Assembly (NCBI GenBank): GCA_036338595.1
Contig: JAYZBV010000035.1
Location: 1 to 28,672, forward strand
DNA from: Planctomycetota bacterium
GTDB lineage: Bacteria > Planctomycetota > UBA8108 > UBA1146
Length of the DNA stretch: 28,672 nt
Direction of reading: 5' to 3'
The translations under genes and the position numbers were made by a program. Under the pieces are notes generated by a model, which did no database searches, was not told the DNA's origin, and worked only from the letters and a program-made list of their open reading frames with translations. Shown here piece by piece: positions 7,340 to 15,567 of this stretch (position 1 is its first letter; every line of letters starts with the position of its first letter).

Positions 7340-9298
7340 TCACGCACAGCCAGGGTCGATGACCAGAGTTGCTTTGGCATCACATTGAAGGCTGGCCCCC
7401 TCAGGAAGCCATAACGTTGTCGTGCTGGAAGTGATGATTGCCGGCCCTGTCAACGGTTGTCCCTGGCGAATCGATCCATGATGGACACGGGGAACTTCTC
7501 TGCGGCTTCCTGTCGCATCGAGCACCACCGATGCCGTGCTGGCCTCTCCTTGCGGCTCTACTGGAGATGTTGAAATCCCTGGCGACGGAATCGTAGCCGA
7601 AACACGGATCGCTACCGCCTCGATCTGCCTGTCTGGCATCCGATAGCCATACCGTTGCTCGTATAGATCCCTGAAGGTGGTTTCTGCATCATCTCCGGGA
7701 AGAAACTCCATATCATGCGCCTGTCCGGCATGGCGTCCACGAAGAGTCGTTTCGATGACCACTGCACTCTCATCGCCTCCCGATTGGCGGATCTTCTCTC
7801 GAGCCTTCTCGGCGAGTTCCAGGGCCAGTTGATCGAGTTGAGAAGTTGAACTGCTACCCAGAGGACGAAGCAGGACCTGCTCCACCTCCTCGCTCCATGG
7901 GGCCTCGAGCATCCCGATGGCGCTCAGCACCCCCGCGGCTGCGGGCAGTCGAATCTCGCCAATGCCACAACTACGAGCGAGTGAAACCGCATGCAATCCT
8001 CCCGCGCCACCAAAACACACCATCGTCATTCCGCGAGGATCTGCACCTCGCTCCTGGCTCACCCTGCGCAGAGCTCGCTCCATCTCGGCATCGACCACCT
8101 CGATGATTCCACACGCTGTTGCTTCGACCGTGAGCCCCAGTTTTGCAGCGAGTTGGCTCATCGCCTTCAATGCCGCATCGACATCGAGTGACAAGGTGCC
8201 GCCAAGTCGAAGATCTGCCGGAAGTCTTCCCAGTACGATGTGAGCATCGGTCACTGTGGCTTCGGATCCACCTCGTCGATAGGCCGCCGGACCTGGATTT
8301 GACCCCGCACTGCGCGGGCCAACCCTCAGTGCTCCGCCCGCATCGATCCACGCCAGCGAGCCACCACCGGCACCCACCGTGTGTATCTCGAGCAGGGGGA
8401 CCGCCAGGGGGATCCCGCCGACGCTGAATCGGCGATTGCGAGCAGTACGTTGATCGGTCTCGACCAGCGCAACATCGGTGCTCGTTCCGCCCATATCGAA
8501 GGAGATCGCTGATCGTTTTCCTGCCCGAGTTGCTGCTGCCACAACCCCGCCCGCTGGCCCGGACAACACCGTTCTTGCCGATCGATTCGAGATTCTCTGC
8601 CACGGAACCGCAGCACCGCAGGAGTCCATCACCTTGAGTAGTGCCGGGGAAACTGACTGATCCAGGCGTTGTAGGTAGGCTTGCATCACCGGCGTCAGCA
8701 CTGCGCTGGCGCAGGCGGTGGTAAAGCGTTCCCATTCTCGAGGTTCCGCCGCCGCCTCGCACGACAGGATCACGGGGTATCCCGCAGTAGCGAGTATCTC
8801 ACCAACACGGCGCTCGTGATCTCCATTCTCGGTGCTATGCAACAGACCCACCGCCACCGCCTGATAAGGCCCATCAGCAAGCCTGGAGGCCAGTTGCTCC
8901 AGTTGACGGGCATCGAGGTCTTCGAGCACCTTGCCGCCGGCAGCGATTCGACCCGATATCCCGAAGCGATCTTCGCGTGGAATCAAAGGAGCGACCGGGG
9001 AGGGTTGGAGGTGATAGATATCGGGTCGATTCTGCCGGCCGATGTCGAGCAAGTCCTCGAATCCAAGTTGTGTGACAAACGCTGCCCGAGCATGGCGACG
9101 CTCCAGCAGCGCATTGGTCGCAACCGTCGATCCATGCACAACCTCATCCGGTGTGTAGTTGTGAAGAACCGAGAGGATGGCAGCGGCTGGATCGGCCGGA
9201 GTCGATGGAACCTTGATCAGATCAACAGTTCCTCCGAAATCGAGGATGAAATCGGTGAACGTTCCTCCGCTATCGACGCCAATCCTCAACTTCTTCAC
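7340..9298 (-). CDS. Hydantoinase/oxoprolinase family protein, A (ATP-binding) subunit
   Basis: Motifs IGVDSGGTFTD, KVPSTP, HGSTVATNALLE, SGPAGG, DMGGTSTDV, GAGGGS, SAGS.PGPA.Y, TVTDA and GGAGGLHA. Start taken as the GTG at 9298 (the ORF track uses 9310). Confidence 0.92.
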   Translation of the reverse strand: MKKLRIGVDSGGTFTDFILDFGGTVDLIKVPSTPADPAAAILSVLHNYTPDEVVHGSTVATNALLERRHARAAFVTQLGFEDLLDIGRQNRPDIYHLQPSPVAPLIPREDRFGISGRIAAGGKVLEDLDARQLEQLASRLADGPYQAVAVGLLHSTENGDHERRVGEILATAGYPVILSCEAAAEPREWERFTTACASAVLTPVMQAYLQRLDQSVSPALLKVMDSCGAAVPWQRISNRSARTVLSGPAGGVVAAATRAGKRSAISFDMGGTSTDVALVETDQRTARNRRFSVGGIPLAVPLLEIHTVGAGGGSLAWIDAGGALRVGPRSAGSNPGPAAYRRGGSEATVTDAHIVLGRLPADLRLGGTLSLDVDAALKAMSQLAAKLGLTVEATACGIIEVVDAEMERALRRVSQERGADPRGMTMVCFGGAGGLHAVSLARSCGIGEIRLPAAAGVLSAIGMLEAPWSEEVEQVLLRPLGSSSTSQLDQLALELAEKAREKIRQSGGDESAVVIETTLRGRHAGQAHDMEFLPGDDAETTFRDLYEQRYGYRMPDRQIEAVAIRVSATIPSPGISTSPVEPQGEASTASVVLDATGSRREVPRVHHGSIRQGQPLTGPAIITSSTTTLWLPEGASLQCDAKATLVIDPGCA

Positions 9299-9353
9299 CC
9301 TCCCTTGCACCGTCGTTGCACGCCCGTCAAGATGCCCATCGAGGGGGGATTGT

Positions 9354-10217
9354 ATGAGAGTACGGGCGGCGAGTTCCTGGCCGTATTGTGCATCGGTGAT
9401 CGCCCGGATGCTGCCGGTCTCCTTTTATATCCTGACCACTGCCAGTACAGCTTTACTCCTCTTCGGCTGTGGCACTTCTTCGCAGCGACAGGTCACAATT
9501 CCTGCGATCAACCATGCGGCTGCCAAACAACAATGGGATGCAGCACGCACGGCATGGCTGCTCGATGATGTCGCCACTGCTCAGGCTGCATTTTCACGTT
9601 TCGCAGAATCCAACCCTGAAGATCCTCGCAGCGGTGAAGCGCTTCTGACTGCGGGGATCTGCGCTCAGAGGCGAGGACGAGCCGCTGAGGCAGATGGCCT
9701 CTTCAGAGAAGCCCAGACGAGGGGTGGGGCGGTAGCCGCCAGGGCGTTCCTGCAAAGAGGCTACCTGCTGCTGCTAGATCACCCCGATCGAGCAGTCCAC
9801 TGCTTTGGCGAAGCAGCCCGGCTCGCTCTCGATGGAGAAACCAGAGCAGAGGGATGGCTCCAGCATGGACTCTCGTTACAACGCTCAGGGCAGTTTTCCG
9901 GTGCAGTGGTTCCCTTGCAGAAGTGTGCAATTCAACAGGATGCACCCGGCCTGGCAGCAAGAGCCCGGCTACTTCTTCAGTACGACCCCTGGTTTACCGT
10001 TCAGGTCGGTGCTTTTCTTGAAAAATCAAATGCCCAGCGTCAACTTCGCCGACTTGAAAGTGCAGGACTGGCAGCCGAACACCGGATTCCTGGTCGAAGT
10101 GGGTCTCCTCTTCACCGAGTTCTATCAGGCAGATTTGAGAAGAGAGAAGATGCCATCCGTCACTCACTTCGAGTAAAAACTGTGCTGGGTACCGATGATG
10201 TGAAGGTGATTCCCTGA
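9354..10217 (+). CDS. TPR-repeat lipoprotein with C-terminal SPOR (peptidoglycan-binding) domain
   Basis: Lipobox LLLFG-C. Helical TPR-like repeats (F..F.ESNPEDPRSGEALL.AG). C-terminal FTVQVGAFLEKSNA...HRVLSGRFEKREDA is a SPOR signature. ATG 9354 follows GAGGGG; a later start at 9408 is possible. Confidence 0.85.
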   Translation: MRVRAASSWPYCASVIARMLPVSFYILTTASTALLLFGCGTSSQRQVTIPAINHAAAKQQWDAARTAWLLDDVATAQAAFSRFAESNPEDPRSGEALLTAGICAQRRGRAAEADGLFREAQTRGGAVAARAFLQRGYLLLLDHPDRAVHCFGEAARLALDGETRAEGWLQHGLSLQRSGQFSGAVVPLQKCAIQQDAPGLAARARLLLQYDPWFTVQVGAFLEKSNAQRQLRRLESAGLAAEHRIPGRSGSPLHRVLSGRFEKREDAIRHSLRVKTVLGTDDVKVIP

Positions 10218-11719
10218 TGAAGAGACAAAGCCCCACCAGCGGAATGACCTTATTGCTGTTGCTCGCCGCAATTGTCATCGGCTTGCTTTTCTACCTGTTT
10301 TTCCTTCGACTGGCGCCCCAACAGACCATCCCCATGACCGCCCCACCGCCCATCGCAACGACCGGGATAGCTCCTGTCGCCACCAGCGATCCCGCGCGCC
10401 AGAAGCCCGCTCCCTGGGCCGGGATCATCGCCGATGCGCTGGCCCAACCGATCGCAGGAGCCACCATCGAGCTGATAACCACCGAGGATGGTGTCGCCCA
10501 CTCAACACTCTCCGACGACCTCGGCAGATTCATCTTGTTGCTGCCCCAGGGGCAGCAACCGTTTGTTTCCATCCGAGCGGATGGGTTCTATCAGGTTCAG
10601 GTCCAACTTGGCAGTGACCCGAATGAGGTGTACGTGCTCTTCAGGGGAGGAACGCTGCGGGGTAATGTTCTCGGCCACGTCTTTGTGCTCAGTGGCGAGG
10701 AGATGCCCCCACCCGAACCAATTGTTGGCGCGACGGTCGAGATTGCCGGGGGAGGTGGGTGGCACATATCCGTGACCACCGACTCCAGCGGCAAGTACAG
10801 CGTGGCGATTCCTCCCGGCAGGATCATTGTTACCGTTCGGTCCAAATTCCACGCCGATGCGCGCTTCGATAACCTTGAAGTGGGAAGAGGAGAAGTACTG
10901 GAAAGAGACTTCATCCTGCCTGCCGGGGTCACCCTCGATGCCTTCGTCTTCAGCAACGAGATCCCCCTCATTGGCGCAAGAGTACGCGTCTTCAACGAGA
11001 TCAAAGATGAGGCGGAGGGGTTCTCTGCCAGCGATGGAAAGGCGCGAATCCCGGGTCTCGCAGCGGGAGTGGCGAAGGTTCAGGTGGTTCACCCTGGATA
11101 CCAGGAACAGATTTTCGAGATGATCATCCCGAGCGACAAGATCGGAGTAAGAAGACCGTACTTGATGAAGAAATCGCAGCCCTTTCAAATCGAAGTTTTC
11201 GACAAGGACCAACACCTCCTCACAGATGCCCGGGTTCGTATTCGGCGGGACCGGATTGAAGTTGTAGATACCAACGCCGGCGATCTGGAAGCGCTTTCCG
11301 TGCTGGCAAGCGGTAATACATACATGATCGAGGTGCGACATTCAGTCAAGACGGAAAGCGGGGAAGTAATTTTACCTCCTCGTACATTTCGCTACACGAT
11401 GCCCGAAGAAGGACCAGGGCAGCTGAGTGTCGAGTTGCGCCCTGGTGGCCGCATCACCGGGGTGATCCTGGCTCCGAACCGGTACCCGGTTCCGGGAGCG
11501 ACGGTGCTGATCAAGGCGGTGGGACTGGATCCCGGTGAAGCTCCTCCACCACGGCTCGTAAAGAGCGGCAACAATGGCCTGTTCAGAAGCCAGCCGTTCA
11601 CCGCAGGTAACTGGAATATCAGCATCAGTCATCCACAACTCGGAGCCATGGTTCTCGAGACATCTGTCGAGGAGGGTAAGGACAGATCCCTGGGCGAGCT
11701 CGTCTTTCCGATCCGTTGA
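10217..11719 (+). CDS. Membrane-anchored protein with repeated carboxypeptidase-regulatory-like (transthyretin/Cna-B-like) beta domains
   Basis: N-terminal TM helix and Pro-rich linker. Repeated PI.GA.V.I...T.TD..G.F/Y motifs (about 4-5 copies). Start overlaps the upstream stop (TGATG). Confidence 0.8.
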   Translation: MKRQSPTSGMTLLLLLAAIVIGLLFYLFFLRLAPQQTIPMTAPPPIATTGIAPVATSDPARQKPAPWAGIIADALAQPIAGATIELITTEDGVAHSTLSDDLGRFILLLPQGQQPFVSIRADGFYQVQVQLGSDPNEVYVLFRGGTLRGNVLGHVFVLSGEEMPPPEPIVGATVEIAGGGGWHISVTTDSSGKYSVAIPPGRIIVTVRSKFHADARFDNLEVGRGEVLERDFILPAGVTLDAFVFSNEIPLIGARVRVFNEIKDEAEGFSASDGKARIPGLAAGVAKVQVVHPGYQEQIFEMIIPSDKIGVRRPYLMKKSQPFQIEVFDKDQHLLTDARVRIRRDRIEVVDTNAGDLEALSVLASGNTYMIEVRHSVKTESGEVILPPRTFRYTMPEEGPGQLSVELRPGGRITGVILAPNRYPVPGATVLIKAVGLDPGEAPPPRLVKSGNNGLFRSQPFTAGNWNISISHPQLGAMVLETSVEEGKDRSLGELVFPIR

Positions 11720-11742
11720 CGGCGCCATCACCGTCAACCGAT
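11711..11742. terminator. Hairpin between convergent genes (possible bidirectional terminator)
   Basis: GTTGACGG (11715-11722) and CCGTCAAC (11731-11738) form a perfect 8-bp stem, extended by ATC/GAT. There is no U-tract, so termination is uncertain. Confidence 0.4.
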
Positions 11743-11758
11743 AAGCGTCAACCTGTTG

Positions 11759-12883
11759 CTACTCTTCTCCTAGCCAGTCAGCGACAAAAATATTTGTCTC
11801 GCCTTGCTGGCTGTTGTTTCGGTTGGAACAAAAAACCAATCGATTGCCGTCAGGAGAAAACATCGGGAACCCATCAAAGCCTGGAGATGTGGTGACCTGC
11901 TCCAGGCCTGTTCCGTCGATATTGACCTTGAATATGTCAAACTCTCGCCCTCCAGCTGCCCCCATGTTTGACGAGAAGAGCAAACTATTTCCATCCGGGG
12001 TGAAGAAGGGGGCAAAGTTGGCTGCATCATTGTCGGTGATCCGGAAAACCCCGGACCCATCGCTATTCATGACGAACAAATCCATCCGAGATGGGCGAAC
12101 CAGGCCTTCCTGTAACAATCGCTGATATTGTGCCAGTTCTTCTCCTTCTGGATGCCTGGCGCGATAACAGATCTTCGATCCGTCCGGAGAAAAGAAAGGA
12201 CCTCCATCGTAGCCCGGTGTTGATGTGAGCCTTTTCACATCGGATCCATCGGCTGCCATCGTGTATATGTCGAGATCTCCATCTCTCATCGACGTAAAGA
12301 CGATGCTTGATCCATCGGGAGAAACTGTGGCCTCTGCGTCATATCCAGGAGTACTGGTCAGTTGAACCAGCTCTCCATCGGGTAACTGTTTGGTAAAGAT
12401 GTCGTAACCCTCGTAGATGGGCCACACATACCCCTGGCTCCTGTCGGGTACAGGGGGGCAATCGCTCGATGACAGGTGGGTGGAAGCCCACAAGACGGTC
12501 GAGTCATCGGGGGTCAGAAAATAGGCACACGTGGTTCTGCCGTTTCCGCTGGAAATCTGTTTCAGATTGCCCCCGTCAACATCCATGATGTAAATCTGAT
12601 CACAGGAGTGCGGAGGTCTATTGGTCTGAAAGATCAGCCTCTGACCATTGAAGCTCCAGTATGCCTCGGCATTTTCTGCCCCATCGGTCAGCTGAATGAT
12701 GTTGGCGATATGATTCTCTCCGGGGAAGTTATCGATCAGCCTTGGTAGAGGGTCGACTTCAACCACAGCTCGTGTTTGAGATCCGGTGGTTACCGGAGGG
12801 CCACCCTGGTTCGTACATCCAGAAAGCAATAGCAACAGAAGCGGCAATGCGAGCCTGCAAAACACGGTCATCTTCTTCACCAA
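11759..12883 (-). CDS. TolB-like PD40/WD40 beta-propeller lipoprotein
   Basis: Lipobox LLLSG-C. Repeated LT..PGYDGGP.FSPDG..I.F units. Motifs ENAEAYWS and GRTTCAYF. The start may be at 12871 (MTVF). Confidence 0.88.
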   Translation of the reverse strand: MVKKMTVFCRLALPLLLLLLSGCTNQGGPPVTTGSQTRAVVEVDPLPRLIDNFPGENHIANIIQLTDGAENAEAYWSFNGQRLIFQTNRPPHSCDQIYIMDVDGGNLKQISSGNGRTTCAYFLTPDDSTVLWASTHLSSSDCPPVPDRSQGYVWPIYEGYDIFTKQLPDGELVQLTSTPGYDAEATVSPDGSSIVFTSMRDGDLDIYTMAADGSDVKRLTSTPGYDGGPFFSPDGSKICYRARHPEGEELAQYQRLLQEGLVRPSRMDLFVMNSDGSGVFRITDNDAANFAPFFTPDGNSLLFSSNMGAAGGREFDIFKVNIDGTGLEQVTTSPGFDGFPMFSPDGNRLVFCSNRNNSQQGETNIFVADWLGEE

Positions 12884-12965
12884 TCCTATTCAGTGGGTTG
12901 TGCGAATGATTCTGAGAGCAGTAGACTCGCCGATCAAGCACGAACGAGGAACAGGGGGTCCCAAA

Positions 12966-13376
12966 ATGTTCGGCGAAACGATCACATTTGAGACCCCGGG
13001 CCAGGGGCTTCACGAGATTACCGAACCAATCGCTGAAGCCGTGGAGAGAGCCGATATCGAGACGGGGCTGTGCTCGATCTTCCTTCGACACACCAGTGCC
13101 AGCCTGCTCATCACGGAAAATGCAGACCCTTCTGTTCGCAACGACCTGCAGAACTGGATGGAGAGAATCGCTCCAGAAGGAGACATCTTCTACACACACA
13201 CCGCTGAAGGACCCGACGACATGCCCTCGCATCTCCGGGCGGCCGTGACCCGAACTTGCGAGAACATCCCTGTCACCGATGGCAGCATCGATATGGGCCA
13301 GTGGCAGGGGATTTACATCTTCGAGCACAGGTCCAGAGCGCACCGGAGATCTATCAGCGTCAGGGTCTGGGAATGA
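12966..13376 (+). CDS. yjbQ: YjbQ/UPF0047 family protein (secondary thiamine-phosphate synthase-like)
   Basis: Motifs HTSASL.I.ENADP.V..DL, H..EGPDDMP.H and G.WQGIY.FEH. Start placed at ATG 12966. Confidence 0.92.
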   Translation: MFGETITFETPGQGLHEITEPIAEAVERADIETGLCSIFLRHTSASLLITENADPSVRNDLQNWMERIAPEGDIFYTHTAEGPDDMPSHLRAAVTRTCENIPVTDGSIDMGQWQGIYIFEHRSRAHRRSISVRVWE

Positions 13377-14473
13377 GGTCATTTCTGGATACTGCACTAA
13401 AAACGCTCTCGGAATTCTGGCAGCAACTTCCCGACCTCGCTCAGGCCGGCTTGATCATAGTTTTCTCCATCATCTGTGCTGTTCTTGCGGGGTGGATCCT
13501 GACCGCGATCATCGGTCGCTGGGTCGGAAAAACACAGACGACCATCGACGACGAACTGATCTCATTGCTGCATCGACCCGTGTTCCTGATCGTGCTTCTG
13601 GTTGGCCTGGGGATGGCAGCTGAGCGGACAGGAATGCCAGATCGCGTCCTGACGATGACAGTCGCCTGCTTGAAAACCATCGGGATCATCGCCGTCTGCA
13701 CTTTTCTCATCCAGGCCTCGCGAATCGTCATCGCCTCGCTCAGCAAGAAGCGGGACAGATTTCAGTTGATCCAGCCCCGCACGGTGCCTCTCTTTTCCAA
13801 CCTGTCGCTACTCATCATCATCGGGGCTGGCATCTATTTTCTCTTCCTTGCCTGGCAAACGGACCCGACGGCATGGCTTGCCTCCGCAGGGATCATCGGG
13901 TTGGCGCTGAGTTTCGCTGCCAAGGACAGCCTGGCGAATCTGTTCGCGGGCGCGTTCATCCTCGCCGATGCACCATACAAATTGGGAGACTTCATCATTC
14001 TAGATAGCGGAGAGCGCGGCAAGGTGACCGCGATAGGTCTACGCAGTACCCGGATGCTGACGCAGGACGATGTCGAAATCACCATCCCAAATGCAGTGAT
14101 GGGTAACACGAAGATCACCAACGAAAGCGGCGGGCCTTATGAAAAGGAGCGCATCAGGATTCGAGTCGGAGTTGCTTACGGTAGCGATGTGGACAGGGTG
14201 GAAGAGTTGTTGCTGAACATTGCCCTGTCCCATGATGAGATCGTGAACAGACCTGAACCACGCGTGCGCTTCAGGGCCTTCGGAGAGTCCGGTCTGAACT
14301 TCGAGTTACTAGCCTGGATTGATGAGCCGGTTCTCCGGGGCAGGGTGTCCCACCTGATCACCAAGGAAATCTACAACTGTTTCAACGATGAAGGAATTGA
14401 GATCCCATATCCAAAGCGAGATGTATACATTAAAAGTACTGCAGCAAAACCTCCAGAGGCACTTGATCAGTAG
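13373..14473 (+). CDS. Small-conductance mechanosensitive channel (MscS family)
   Basis: GLALSFAAKDSLANLFAG, PYKLGD.I, G.V..IGLRST, IPN, VGVAYGSD, FGESGLNFEL and GIEIPYP. ATGA overlap with the yjbQ stop. Confidence 0.93.
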   Translation: MRSFLDTALKTLSEFWQQLPDLAQAGLIIVFSIICAVLAGWILTAIIGRWVGKTQTTIDDELISLLHRPVFLIVLLVGLGMAAERTGMPDRVLTMTVACLKTIGIIAVCTFLIQASRIVIASLSKKRDRFQLIQPRTVPLFSNLSLLIIIGAGIYFLFLAWQTDPTAWLASAGIIGLALSFAAKDSLANLFAGAFILADAPYKLGDFIILDSGERGKVTAIGLRSTRMLTQDDVEITIPNAVMGNTKITNESGGPYEKERIRIRVGVAYGSDVDRVEELLLNIALSHDEIVNRPEPRVRFRAFGESGLNFELLAWIDEPVLRGRVSHLITKEIYNCFNDEGIEIPYPKRDVYIKSTAAKPPEALDQ

Positions 14474-14499
14474 CACACAAGAAACAGGTAAGGAAAAAT

Positions 14500-14850
14500 A
14501 TGACGGGCCCCAAAGTTCTCGTTGCTTGCGTTGATTCTGAATTGCGAATGCGTTGCTTCAACCGTACATCCTCGCTCGGGGTCAGAGTCGATGCGGTGGG
14601 GGATCAACGTGGCTTTGCTCGCAGAACCGAGAAAGACGAGTACAAGATGATTCTCCACGATGGGGTGCTCGAGATCCCGGAGGACGCAGCAGAGCATGTG
14701 CTGTTAGTGGAACCCGATGGCGAACTCGATAAGAACCTGGAAGAGCAGGTTCGAACCCTGCTGGATGTTCCTGTGCGAGAAATCGACGAAGATGAGAAGC
14801 TCGAAGAACCGCCTCCTCCATGGATGAAGCACAACCAGCGCGGCTGGTAG
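14500..14850 (+). CDS. Hypothetical protein (116 aa), N-terminus resembling a degenerate receiver domain
   Basis: AAGGA RBS and ATG. The pattern KVLVA.VD...YKMILHD is followed by an acidic tail and PPPPW. Confidence 0.7.
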   Translation: MTGPKVLVACVDSELRMRCFNRTSSLGVRVDAVGDQRGFARRTEKDEYKMILHDGVLEIPEDAAEHVLLVEPDGELDKNLEEQVRTLLDVPVREIDEDEKLEEPPPPWMKHNQRGW

Positions 14851-14877
14851 TTCCCCGGTGACTGCCGTATTGCCGGA

Positions 14878-15567
14878 TCAACGGCCGAGGCTTGCGATCC
14901 ATCCAGGTATGCCGACTGCTGTCACTTCTTCTGCAGCCCGAAGGTCCTGGCCCAGTTTTTCCATCTGAGTGGTTGGCAGCGGGTATCGCCAGGTGGCTAC
15001 ATCTTCAACGAAAAGTGACCGCGGGTCTTTTAGCCACGCCTCGATCCGGACCAGATGGTTCGCTTCTCCCTGAACTTGCGGAGGTAACTGAAGTCGAAGT
15101 CCAGATATGGTTGCCGGTCGTCCGATCGCATTGAAGTCATCTCCGTCCAGATGAAATGCTTTTTCGGCGAGCCAGGTTGCAGCATTTCCACCACTGGGCA
15201 CGCGCAATAGCGTTCGGTGCGTCCTGGTCCTTGCCACGATCATTGGAATATTGACTCGCTGACCCAGGGACCTGAACACCTCCTCGATTCGCCGGAATAG
15301 CACCTCGGATCCAGTGCCAGACCCCTGCTCCTCGAACTGAATCCGATCCTTGCCAAAGCTCACACGGGACACTCCGCTATCAGGTTCAGGGCTTGATTGA
15401 AGTTGCGCGCCGGTTGCGGTCCTTGTGAAATTTTCATAGCCACAGGTGCCAGAAACCTCGACATATACTTCTCGTAACATCTCGGTAGTGACCTGTATCG
15501 GCAAATGAATCAGATCCACTGACACACCCAGAGTGCTTGGGTCTGGAGCCGACATCGAATCCGTCAT
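14878..15567 (-). CDS. Hypothetical protein (229 aa), third gene of the XPB operon
   Basis: ATGA overlap with the upstream stop at 15564-15567. Globular alpha/beta composition with no motif I can name confidently. Confidence 0.8.
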   Translation of the reverse strand: MTDSMSAPDPSTLGVSVDLIHLPIQVTTEMLREVYVEVSGTCGYENFTRTATGAQLQSSPEPDSGVSRVSFGKDRIQFEEQGSGTGSEVLFRRIEEVFRSLGQRVNIPMIVARTRTHRTLLRVPSGGNAATWLAEKAFHLDGDDFNAIGRPATISGLRLQLPPQVQGEANHLVRIEAWLKDPRSLFVEDVATWRYPLPTTQMEKLGQDLRAAEEVTAVGIPGWIASLGR

